DNA of 64,000 nucleotides from Alphaproteobacteria bacterium. Lineage in GTDB: Bacteria > Pseudomonadota > Alphaproteobacteria > Rickettsiales > UBA3002. The stretch lies in the NCBI GenBank assembly GCA_037200745.1, contig JBBCHK010000014.1:23735-87734 (forward strand), written 5' to 3'. How positions within the stretch are numbered: position 1 is the stretch's first letter; each line of letters starts with the position of its first letter. The notes beneath the pieces were generated by a model. The model saw only the letters and a program-made list of their open reading frames with translations. It searched no databases and had not been told where the DNA came from. The position numbers and the translations under genes were made by a program. Shown here one piece after another: positions 26,948 to 36,942 of the stretch.

Positions 26948-26959
26948 ATAGGAAAGGAA

Positions 26960-27300
26960 TGTCATCCCAGCGAAGGCTGGGATCCAGCCCGAATGAAAAA
27001 CTACTACGTTTACATCATGGCAAGCGAACGGAATGGAACTCTCTATATCGCGTAACGAACGATTTAATGCGGCCGCTTGGGAACATAAGAACAATGCCAT
27101 AGAAGGTTTCACTGAAAAATATGCCGTACATCACCTGGTATGGTATGAAGCATACGAGGATGTTACTATCGCCATCCAGCGGGAAAAGAACCTGAAGGCG
27201 TGGAAACGCCTTGGAAACTTCGCCTCATCGAAGAGTCGAATCCGGAGTGGAAGGATTTATATGAAGAGTGGGCTGGATGCCAGCCTGCCGTGGCATGACA
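26960..27300. mobile_element. GIY-YIG cassette 2 bounded by 31-bp imperfect inverted palindromic arms
   Basis: TGTCATCCCAGCGAAGGCTGGGATCCAGCCC (26960-26990) / GGGCTGGATGCCAGCCTGCCGTGGCATGACA (27270-27300). Confidence 0.82.
26993..27298 (+). CDS. Small standalone GIY-YIG nuclease, copy 2 (indels)
   Basis: Repaired: MKNYYVYIMASERNGTLYIGVTNDL...EHK...FTEKY...LVWYE...AIQREK..K.W.R.WKL.LIEESNPEWKDLY. Confidence 0.9.
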
Positions 27301-27308
27301 GGAAAACG

Positions 27309-28291
27309 ATGAGCCATAAACAACCTCAGTTGCAGCTTCCGCCGATGAAAAACGCCTGCTTGCCGCCGCGCGCGAGGTGCTGGCGCGGGAGAGTGAGGGC
27401 ATCCGCGCCGTGTCCGAGGCGCTCGACGGGAAGTTCGTCGAGCTGGTCGAGGCCATTGCGGCGCTCAAGGGGCGCGTCATTATTTCGGGCATGGGCAAGT
27501 CGGGCCATATCGGCCGCAAGATCGCGGCGACGATGGCATCGACCGGCACGCCGGCCTTCTTCGTCCACCGTCCGAGGCCAGCCACGGCGACCTCGGCATG
27601 ATCACGGGCGACGATCTCGTGCTCTGCCTCTCCAACTCCGGCGAGACGCATGAGCTGCGCGACGTCATCGCCTATACGCGCCGTTTCGACATTCCGCTCG
27701 CGGCGCTGGTGCGGCGGGAGACGTCGGTGCTGGTCGCGCGCCGACATCGCCATCGTGCTGCCCGCCATTCCCGAAGCCTCGCCCACCGGCGCGCCGACGA
27801 CCTCGACGACGATGATGCTCGCCTTCGGTGACGCGCTCGCCATCGCGCTGCTGGAGAACAAGGGCTTCACGCGCGAGGATTTCGGCATCTAACCACCCGG
27901 GCCGGAAGCTGGGCGGCAATTCCTGCGCGTCGAATCGCTGATGCATGTGGGCGACGAATTGCCGCTGGTCGCGCCCGAGGAAAAAATGGAGCACGTGCTG
28001 CTGACCATGACGGCCAAGCGCTTCGGCTGCGCCGGCGTGGTCGACGGCGACGGCAAGCTGCTCGGCATCATCACCGACGGCGACTTGCGGCGGCACATGA
28101 AGGAAGCATCATCCACCTTTCCGCCTTCGAGGTGATGACGAAGAACCCCGTCACCATCACCCGGCGACGCTGGCGCCCGAGCGGCTGGGCGTGATGAACG
28201 CGAGATCGATCACCTCGCTCTTCGTCGTCGAGAACGCACGCCGCAGGGCATCCTGCACATCCACGACCTGCTGCGCGCAGGGGTGCTCTGA
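27309..28291 (+). CDS. kdsD: Arabinose-5-phosphate isomerase KpsF/GutQ (frameshifted)
   Basis: GMGKSGHIGRKIAATMASTGTPA, HGDLGMI, SNSGET, APTTSTT, CBS pair ending LHIHDLLRAGV. Confidence 0.95.
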
Positions 28292-28300
28292 CCGTGAGCG

Positions 28301-28968
28301 ATGAGCGCGGAAGTCGCACACGCTCGGCGCCGGCTGGGCGGTGCGCGAGGTGGACCATTTGCTGTCGCGCCTCGGCCGCTACACGCGCTTCGTCGCCTCA
28401 GCAAATGGGGGCTGACGCTTTTCGCCATCCTCATCGTCGCCTTCGTGATGGCGTGGCCCTACATCAACCGCGCCACGAAGGCATGCGCATCTCTTTCCTC
28501 GCCACCTCGAGCCCGGTCGCGGTGCAGCAGCCGGGCGCGCCGCCGCGCATGGCCAACCCGGTCTATGACGGCATCAACGACAAGGGCCAGCGTTCAAGGT
28601 CACCGGTAGCGAGGCCATCCAGCAGGCGGGGCCGAGATGATCATCTCAACATGCGCTCGCAGCTCTGGCGCTCGGATTCGAGCTGGGTGAAGGTCAACGC
28701 CGACACCGCCGATTATTTCCAGACAAGAGCTTCCTGCACCTCACCGGCAACGTCACCGTCCTCGACCAGAGCGGCACCACCTTCACCACCGACGCGGCGG
28801 ACGTCGACACCAAGTCGATGCATACTGTCGGCCAGGCGGGCCGGTGACGGCGTCGGGCCGACCGGCTCGCTCCTTGCCACGGGATTCGAAATCATGGATA
28901 AGGGCGATCACATCCGGTTCGGCGACAAGGACCGCGTGTCCGTCCATATCGACAAGTCGGGGAAATGA
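28301..28968 (+). CDS. lptC: LPS export protein LptC (heavily frameshifted)
   Basis: RYTRFV..SKW plus TM, RMANPVYDGINDKGQ, GPTGSLLATGFEI.DKG; kdsD-lptC-lptA-lptB synteny. Confidence 0.8.
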
Positions 28969-29779
28969 TGAAGCCGTCATTGCGAGGAGCATCGCGACGA
29001 CCCGCAGCGAAGCGAGGGAGAAGCGACAGCGAGTCAACCAATCCAGTCGGCGCCTGTGGCCTCTGGATTGCGCGTCGGCCGTTTGGCCTCCTCGCAATGA
29101 CGGCCGTCGCTTTCGCCCAAAGCGCGCCGCAGCCGGTCGATTCGCCGAGCCTCCAGCTCGACAAGAGCAGGACCTCGACATCGCCTCCGATTCGCTCGAG
29201 GTGCACCAGACCAGCAGACGGCGACCTTCATCGGCAACGTCATCGCCACGCAGGGCCTCATCAAGATGCGCGCCGACAAGATGGTCGTGCACTATCGTAA
29301 AAATGACACGGGGCAGGCGAAAACGACCGAAGCCCTCGCGGCCCTGGGCACCGCGACGGACGTCGCCGCCGCTGCCTTCGATCGCCTCTCGCGCGCAGCC
29401 ACCGGCGGTTGCGGCGGCACCGGCGAAGGCGCAGGCGCGCAGGCCGAGAGCATCTACCGCATCGAATCGATGGCCACGTGATCTCACCAACCCGTCGGAG
29501 ACCGCGCAGGGCGACTCTCGATCTACGACGTCGACGGCGATTACCTCGACCTTCTGGGCAATGTTCTCCTGACCAGGGATAAAAACGTGCTCAAAGGCAC
29601 AAGATGCACTATAATCTCTCGACGGCCGCTCCGTGCTGACCGGCGGGCGGAAACCACCCCCGCCGGCGTGCGCTCGGCCGGCGGGCCGCGTGCAGGGCTG
29701 TTCTGGCCCAGCAACGGCACGATACGAACACGACGACAAAACAGGCGGAACGAAAACGAACCCCAATGGCGGACGATAA
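28965..29779 (+). CDS. lptA: LPS transport periplasmic protein LptA/OstA (frameshifted; end approximate)
   Basis: DIASDSLEV, ATFIGNVIATQG, MRADKMVVHY, SIYRIE, GNVLLTRDKNVLKG, GGRVQG. Confidence 0.85.
28975..29102. repeat. CGTC-tagged element, subfamily C, in frame at the lptA N-terminus, with nested module
   Basis: CGTCATTGCGAGGAGCATCGCGACG...AATCCAG...CTGGATTGC...CCTCGCAATGACG. Confidence 0.9.
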
Positions 29780-30734
29780 CGACAATCCCTTCGGCGAATT
29801 CGGCAAGGACTGGCTCATCGCCGGACGCGCCGGCGAGCGACCGGCGGCCGGAGATCCCCGCGCACGAAGCGCCGGTGCAGGAAACCGCGCCGCTGGGCGA
29901 AGTGCCCGACCAGCCGGTCCATCCCGAATACATCCCCGAGCCGCCGCTGACCGATCCGTTCGCGGCGCCGAAGCCAGGGCCGAGGCGGAGCGCGAGCTTG
30001 CGGCCGTCGTCGTCGCCATGCCCAAGCCGCCACCGCTGCCGCCGCGCACGCCGGCGCTGGTCGAGAAGAGTCGGGCCTGTTCGTGCGCAACCTCGGCAAG
30101 ACCTAGCCGCGCCGTCCGGTGGTGCGCAACGTCTCGATCGGCTGCAGCGCGGCGAGGCGGTCGGGCTGCTCGGCCCCAACGGCCGGGGGGAAAAACGACC
30201 TGCTTCTACATGATCACCGGCCTCGCTCGCCGGACTTACGGCAACATCTATCTCGACGGCACCGACATCACCAAGCTGCCGATGTACCGCGCGCGCGGCT
30301 CGGCATCGGCTACCTGCCGCAGGAGCCAGCGTCTTTCGCGGCCTCTCGGTCGAGCAGAACATCATGGCGGTGCTCGAAGTCACCGAGGCCGACCCCGAGC
30401 GCCGCCACACGATGTGCGACGAGCTGATGGCGGAATTCTCCATCACCCATTTGCGCAACTCGCCGGCGCTGGCGCTCTCCGGCGGCGAGCGCCGCCGCAC
30501 CGAGATCGCCCGCGCGCTCGCCGGGCGCCCGTCCTTCATCCTGCTCGACGACCGCTCGCCGGGATCGACCCCATCGCGGTCGCCGAGCTGCGCGACCTCG
30601 TCGGCCATTTGAAGGATCGCGGCATCGGCGTGCTCATCACCGACCACAACGTGCGCGAGACCGTGGACATCATCGACCGGCGCTACATCATCCACGAAGG
30701 CTCGGTGCTGATGGAAGGCTTCCATGCCAGATAA
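29766..30734 (+). CDS. lptB: LPS export ABC ATPase LptB with Pro-rich N-terminal extension; C-terminus appears truncated
   Basis: GLLGPNG.GKTTCFYMITGL, GYLPQE, LSGGERRRTEIARAL, GVLITDHNVRET. Confidence 0.93.
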   Translation: MADDNDNPFGEFGKDWLIAGRAGERPAAGDPRARSAGAGNRAAGRSARPAGPSRIHPRAAADRSVRGAEARAEAERELAAVVVAMPKPPPLPPRTPALVEKSRACSCATSARPSRAVRWCATSRSAAARRGGRAARPQRPGGKTTCFYMITGLARRTYGNIYLDGTDITKLPMYRARGSASATCRRSQRLSRPLGRAEHHGGARSHRGRPRAPPHDVRRADGGILHHPFAQLAGAGALRRRAPPHRDRPRARRAPVLHPARRPLAGIDPIAVAELRDLVGHLKDRGIGVLITDHNVRETVDIIDRRYIIHEGSVLMEGFHAR

Positions 30735-30776
30735 AAATAGCAGGCTGTGTTATCCGGTGTTGGCAAAACCCGGTTT

Positions 30777-30894
30777 TCCTCCACCTGAAAGGGGGAGGAT
30801 CAAGGAGGGGGTCCCTCGGCAGTTGCGCGAATCCCGGTTGCGCGAACGGAAGCTCAGCAGATCCCCACCCAACCCTCCCCTTGCAGGTGGAGGG
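30777..30894. repeat. CCCTC-type palindromic element B2
   Basis: Left arm is the reverse complement of the B1 right arm; right arm CCCCACCCAACCCTCCCCTTGCAGGTGGAGGG. Confidence 0.92.
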
Positions 30895-30895
30895 C

Positions 30896-31089
30896 TTACA
30901 ACCCCGCTAAATGCGGTGCGCCGAGCCACAGGTAAAGTGCGATGCTGCAAGCCAACAGGAGAAACGCGGCGATGGCGGCAAGCAACCATTGCGCCCGTCC
31001 GGCAGGCCGGGATGCGCCGCGATCGGCCAGGCGATGAACGCGGCGGCGAGGAAGGCGATCGGCATGGCGAACAGCAGGAACGAGCTCAT
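30896..31089 (-). CDS. Short CcmI/CycH-like membrane peptide (indel)
   Basis: Two TM segments ending LYLWLGAP; directly after ccmH with overlapping stop/start. Confidence 0.6.
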
Positions 31090-31482
31090 CGCGCCCTCCC
31101 GGCAGGGCGGATGAGGTTGCGCCCAAGCAGGAACGCGCCGGCGGCGAGCAGCAGCAGCGGCGCCGCCCACAGCAGCCATGTCCCGCGCTCCACCGGTGGG
31201 TCGAGCAGGACGCGCGCGCCGTAGCGGGCGCGGAAATAATCGAGCACCTGCGTTTGCGTTTTCCCTTGCGCCACCTGTGCGCGGATGTCCTCGCGCATCT
31301 GGTGGGCGAGGGGCGCGTCCGACTCGCCCAGCGCCTGTCCTTCGCAGACGACGCATTTGAGCTCGTGGAAAATGCGCTGCGCCTCCTGTTCCTGCGCCGC
31401 GTCCTGAAGCGGCCGCTCGATGGTCACCGCGAAGGCGGGTGCACATAGCAATGCGATGAGAAGCGCGGGGGAAAATTCTCAT
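31086..31482 (-). CDS. ccmH: Cytochrome c biogenesis protein CcmH/CycL (indel in signal peptide)
   Basis: ELKCVVCEGQALGESDAPLA, ARYG..VLL.PP, LLWAAP. Confidence 0.93.
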
Positions 31483-32022
31483 GGCTCGCCCTGCAGCGTG
31501 ATCAGGAGCGGGCCGACGATGCGCGCGTAGACCTCCGGCGTCAGCGGCCCGGTGAGGTGGTAGCGCACCACGCCGTGCTTATCGACGAGGAAGCTTTCCG
31601 GCAGCCCGCGCAGCCCGAGGGCGATGGCCGCCTTGCCGTCGCGGTCGAACAGCACGCGCGTGTAGGGGTCGCGATGCTGCGCCAGCCAGTCGTCGGCGCG
31701 GCTGATCGTGTCGTTCCAGGCGATGCCGAGCATCACCGGCGCGTTGGAGGTATGCGCGAGCTCGAGCAGCGTGCGGTGCTCCTCCTCGCAGGCGGTGCAC
31801 CACGAGGCGAAGAAATCGATCAACACGACCTTGCCCGACAGCGTCGCCGGCTCGATGACGACCGGCGCGCCGTCGCGGCTGAACAGCCGCAGCACCGGCA
31901 GCTTCGTGTGTTGCGCCCTTGCCGGAAAGCGCATCGACCTCGCGCTGCGGGTTGAGCAGCAGCGCGGCCGCCAGCAGCAGCCCCAGCACGAGGAAGATCA
32001 CCAGCGGCACGAAGCGTTTCAT
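31479..32022 (-). CDS. ccmG: Thiol:disulfide interchange protein CcmG/DsbE (indel)
   Basis: MKRFVPLVIF anchor, FFASWCTAC.EEH, GLPESFLVD..G.VRY..TGP. Confidence 0.93.
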
Positions 32023-33939
32023 CGCGCCTCCTTCAGCCGGCGTGCGGCGCCGGCGAGCGCGAGGAAGCCGCCCAGCCCGCCGAGCAGGAAGCCCAGCCAG
32101 ACGAGCTGCTGCCCCGGCGCGACGTACATGCGCACGCCGATCCTGCTGCCGCCGATATCCGCATCGCCGATGACGAGGTAGAGGTCGCGCCACGGCGTCG
32201 AGTAGATCGCCGCCTCGGTCGTCTGCGTCGCGCGCACGGGGTAATAACGCAGCTCCGGCGAGAGCGTGGTGAGGTAATGCCCGTCCTCGTCGACGCGGAA
32301 ATCGGCGCGGCGCGAAATGTAGTTATGCACGTGCCGCCGCTCGGCATTGGCGAGGCTCAGCGTATAGCGGCCGAAATGCAGCGGCCGGTCCGGCACCAGC
32401 GGCGCTTCGTGCATCTGGCGGAACAGCACCGAGCTTGTCATGCCGATCACCAGCACCGCGACGCCCGTATGCGCGCAGAAGCTGGCGAGGAACCGCATAC
32501 CGCCGGGCGAGAGGAAATTCACCTTCGCCTGCCGTGCGCGCTGCAGGTAGCGCGCCGCGCCGAAGAGGCCGAAGCCGCCGATCGCCGCGCCGAGCAGCGC
32601 CTCCGCATTCGGCGGTGACACCAGCGCGAGGCAGACGAGCAGCGCCACTGCGGCGGCGGGCGCCAGCGCGCGCAGCTGCTCTTTCAGATACCGGCGGCCG
32701 GTATGGTCCCACGCCATCAGCGGCGCCAGCGCCGCCAGGATCGGCAGCGGCGCGGCGAGGGGCAGGAAGGTCGCGTCGAAATAATGCGGGCCGACGGAGA
32801 TCGCCTCGCCGCCGAACAATGTCAGCAGCACGGGATAGAGGATGGCGATGAGCACCGTACCGGCGCAGGTCACCAGCAGCAAATTGCCGATGAGGATGAA
32901 GCCGGTGCGCGAGAGAAGCTCGGCCGGCGGTGAGGGGACGAACTTGCTGCGCCCGTAGATGACGAGCGCGCCGCCGGTCGTCAGCAGGATGTAGCCCAGG
33001 ATGAACAGGCCGCGCGTCGGGTCGGAAGCGAAGGCGTGCACCGAGGTGATGAGGCCCGAGCGCACGATGAAGGTGCCGATGAGCGACAGGCTGAAGGTGA
33101 GGATCGAAAGCGCCGCCACCCAGCGCGCGAGCTGGCCGCGCCGCTCCAGCACCATATTCGCGTGCAGCAGCGCCGTGGCGGAAAGCCACGGCAGCAGCGA
33201 AACGTTCTCCACCGGGTCCCAGAACCACCAGCCGCCCCAGCCGAGCTCGCGATACGCCCACCACGCGCCGGCGCCGATGCCGAGCGTGAGGAAGCTCCAC
33301 GGCAGTAAAATCCACGGCTGCACGGCGCGCGCCCAGTCGGCGTCGATCTTGTTGCGCAGCATCCCGGCCACCGCGAAGGCGAAGACGACGCCGAAGCCGA
33401 CATAGCCGGTGTAAAGCGTCGGCGGATGCAAAGCGAGGCCGATGTCCTGCAGCAGCGGGTTGAGGTCGTCGCCGTCGAGCGGCATCGGCCAGACGCGCAG
33501 GAACGGGTTCGAGGTGAGCAGGATGAAGGCGAGGAACCCTGCCTGCACCAGCCCGAGCACGGACAGCGCGGAATATTTCAGCGCCGCATCGCGCGCGCGG
33601 AACCAGGCGATGAGGAAGCCGTAGGCGGCCAGCACCTCCGCCCACAGCAGCATCGAGCCCTCATGGTTCCCCCACGCGCCGGTGATTTTGTAGATCAGCG
33701 GCTTCAGCGAATTCGAATTCTCCACCACGTTGAGCACCGAGAAATCGGACACCACATAGGGACCAGATGAGCGCGCCGAACGCGCCCGTCGTCAGCAAAA
33801 ACCCGACGGCGGCGCAGGGCTTGGCGACGAACATCAGCGGATGCGGCGATGCGACGCGCTGCATCAGCGGCAGCACGCCCTGCAGCAGCGCCACCATCAG
33901 CGCGAGGCACAGACAGAACTGCCCGAGCTCGGGGATCAA
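32019..33939 (-). CDS. ccmF: Heme lyase CcmF (TTG start; indel near 33760)
   Basis: IPELG, WGNHEGSMLLW, LNPLLQD, HPP.LY.GY, WGGWWFWDPVEN, SVHAF. Confidence 0.97.
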
Positions 33940-33944
33940 GAAAG

Positions 33945-34062
33945 CCCTCCACCTGAAAGGGGGAGGGTTGGGTGGGGGTCTGCTGAGTTTCGGGAAGCAA
34001 GGCGTGCGCCGGCGGGACCGCTGCGGACCCCCACCCTGGCCCTCCCCCTTTCAGGTGGAGGG
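33945..34062. repeat. CCCTC-type palindromic element B3 between ccmE and ccmF
   Basis: CCCTCCACCTGAAAGGGGGAGGG...GGGGGTC / GACCCCCACCCTGGCCCTCCCCCTTTCAGGTGGAGGG. Confidence 0.93.
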
Positions 34063-34081
34063 AATATGAGGTGTGGCGGCG

Positions 34082-34536
34082 TCATCGCTCCTTGCCCTCC
34101 TTCCATCTTCCGCTTTTCTCAGCTGCTCGACGACCTGCGGCGGCATGTAGTTCTCGTCGTGCTTGGCGAGGAGGGTGGTGGCGTCGAGCGTGCCCTTCGC
34201 ATCGACCGTGCCTTCGGCGACGACGCCCTGGCCGTCGCGGAACAGGGCGGGGATGATGCCACTATAGGTCGCCTGCATTTGCGTTGTCAGGTCGGTGATG
34301 GTGAAGGTGATGCCGCCGTCCTTCAGGTCGCGGATGCTGCCTTTGCGCACGAGGCCGCCGATGCGCACAATGCGGGCTTCCTTCAGCGTGCCGGCGTCGT
34401 GCTTCTGCTGCCATTCGGTCGGGGTGTAGAAGAAGACGAGGCTGTCGCTTAAGCCGCGCAGGATGGCGAAGGCGGCGAAGCCCATGACGCACAGGCTCAC
34501 GATCAGGAAACGCAGCCGCTGCTGTTTGGGCTTCAT
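34082..34536 (-). CDS. ccmE: Heme chaperone CcmE (indel near C-terminus; repaired end LKKSGRWKEGKER)
   Basis: FFYTP, RIGGLV, Y.GI.P.LFR.GQGVVAEG, LAKHDENYMPP. Confidence 0.96.
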
Positions 34537-34655
34537 CGGCCGTCGCTTAAACGGCGCTTCACGGCGCGGGCGCGCCACAGCGTCGCGCCGATGAGCCAGG
34601 CGAGGATGAGGAAGGCGGCCGCGTAGGCGGCGGTGACATAATCGGAAAGCGGCAT
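34533..34655 (-). CDS. ccmD: Heme exporter protein CcmD
   Basis: 40 aa MPLSDYVTAAYAAAFLILAWLIGATLWRARAVKRRL; overlaps the ccmE start. Confidence 0.82.
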   Translation of the reverse strand: MPLSDYVTAAYAAAFLILAWLIGATLWRARAVKRRLSDGR

Positions 34656-34854
34656 GGCAAAGACCTTGCCCGGGCTTATAGGGGGAACTATATCTACCTG
34701 CATAGCAAAAAAGCCGCGTTTTCGGCCATTTTCTGCTTTTTGCACAGGTGGCTGCGCCATTTGGCGAAGTTCTTGCAGCGGCAAGCCCGATTTGCTGCTA
34801 TAAACCGAGAAAAAAGAAGTACATCGGCAAGCGGGCAAGGGGAGCCCACCACGT

Positions 34855-36793
34855 ATGGCGTCCGACGAAGGGGATTTCTTATCTGCCGGGCCTAAAAAGC
34901 CGCCCGCCGCTGAGCCGGCGGCGACCCCTGTCGCTGCGCCCGCGCCGCCTCCCGTCGCTGCGCCGGTGGCCGTTCCCGCCGGCGGTGGTGGTGCGGCGGC
35001 CGCAGTCGCGATGGCGCCCGCGCCCGAGCCGCCGCCGCCCGTGCCGGAAGCGCCGCCCGAGGCCGGCGACGTAAGCTTCGACAAGGAAAACGGAAGCGGG
35101 CGGCGCCAGCAGCCTGACGCCGATGCGCATCGGCGAGAAGCTGCTCGCGCTCGGGCTGATCTCGAAGGACCAGCTCGAGATCGCCATGCGCGAGCAGGTG
35201 AAGTCGCAAAAGCTGCTCGGCAACGTCCTCGTCACGATGAATTTCATCACCGAGTCGGCGCTGGGCGAGGTGCTCGCCGAATCGACCGGCACCGAGCGGT
35301 TCGACCCCAAGAACACCATGCTCGACGCGCAGCTGGTGGCGCAGGTGCCGCGCGACGTCGCGGTGCGCAACAAGGTCATCCCCATCCAGCAGCAGGGGCA
35401 GAACATCAAGCTGGCGATGGTCGACGTGTTCAACGTCCTCGCCATCGACCAGGCGCGCCGCCACCTCGACAAGAACGCGCGCATCGTCCCCGTCTACGTC
35501 ACCGAGACCGAGCTCAACGAGCTCATCGAGCGCTATTACAACTACGACCTGTCGATCGACGGCATCCTGCGCGAGATCGAGACCGGCATCCGCGAAAAGA
35601 CCCAGCTCGACGGGCGCGAGGAGGGCTACGTCAACCCGACGGTGCGCCTCATCAACGCGCTGCTGGTCGACGCCATCAAGCAGGGCTGCTCGGACATCCA
35701 CTTCGAGCCCGAAGGCACCTTCCTGCGCCTGCGCTACCGCATCGACGGCGCGCTGCAACAAATTCGCTCCTTCCACCGCGACTACTGGCCGGCGATGCTG
35801 GTGCGCCTGAAGATCATCTCCGGCATGAACATCGCCGAGACGCGCAACTCGCAGGACGGGCGCATCAACATGACCGCGATGGGCCGCGAGGTCGACTTCC
35901 GGGTCGCCACCCAGCCGACCGTGCATGGCGAGAACGTCGTCCTGCGTATCCTCGATAAATCCAAGTCGCTGGTGCCGCTGGAACAGCTAGGTTTCTCAGA
36001 GCATAACATGGCCGAGCTCAAGCGATGCCTGAAGCGGCCGGAAGGCATCATCGTCGTCACCGGCCCGACCGGGTCCGGTAAGACCACGACCCTTTACTCC
36101 ATCCTGAGCTACATCAACTCGATCGACGTCAACATCATGACGCTCGAGGACCCGGTCGAATACCAGCTGCCGCTCATCCGCCAGACCAACGTGCGCGAGG
36201 GGACGATCGACTTCCAGTCCGGCATCAAATCGCTGATGCGCCAGGATCCGGACATCATCTTCATCGGGGAGGTGCGCGACGAGGAGACCGCCATCATGGC
36301 CATCCGCGCCGCGCTGACCGGCCACCAGGTCTTCACCACCCTGCACACCAACGATGCGCTCGGCACCATCCCGCGACTCAACGACATCGGCGTGCCGCCG
36401 CATCTGCTCGCCGGCTCGCTGGTCGCGGCGATGGCGCAGCGGCTCGCGCGCAAGCTGTGCGGCGCCTGCAAGAAGCAGCGGCCCGCCACCCAGCAGGAAT
36501 GCAAAATGCTGAAGTTCCACCCCTCCAACCCGCCGATGGTGTGCGAGGCGGTCGGCTGCGAGGTCTGCGCCTTCAAGGGCTACAAGGGCCGCACCGGCAT
36601 CGTCGAGATCCTGCGCATCGACAAGGGGCTCGACGAGCTGATCGCCACCAAGGCGACCCGCAACCACATGATGGAATACGCGCTGGAGAACGGATTCGTG
36701 CCGATGGTGCAGGACGGCATCGGCAAGGTGCTCGCCGGGGAAATCGACATCGCCGAGCTGATGAATACGGTAGACCTCACCGACCGATTGTAA
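34855..36793 (+). CDS. GspE/PilB-family assembly ATPase (core 35123-36793; Pro-rich N-extension across an indel)
   Basis: RIGEKLL..GLI, SDIHFEP, TGPTGSGKTTTLY, TLEDPVE, MRQDPD, tetracysteine motif CGAC/CEVC. Confidence 0.95.
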
Positions 36794-36840
36794 TAGATTC
36801 GGTCGCGCTCGGTTAGCTCTAGAAAAAATGTATTTTGGAT

Positions 36841-36921
36841 TGTCATTCCCGCGCAAGCGGGAATCCAGGCGCGCGAAGCGCCACTTAAAAAGAACTGGAT
36901 CCCCGCTTTCGCGGGGATGAC
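36841..36921. repeat. GTC-tagged element, subfamily A (gene-less)
   Basis: TGTCATTCCCGCGCAAGCGGGAATCCAG-spacer-CTGGATCCCCGCTTTCGCGGGGATGAC. Confidence 0.95.
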
Positions 36922-36942
36922 GCTATAGGGGAGAGTGACCGG

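Noticed and set aside
26950-27306. AGGAA target-site duplication around cassette 2
   Set aside because: It requires asymmetric element ends, overlaps a plausible RBS and has no counterpart at cassette 1.
34051-34130. ccmE (and likewise lpdA at 18840-18934) reading into an adjacent repeat
   Set aside because: A single-base repair gives canonical C-termini with stops before the repeats.
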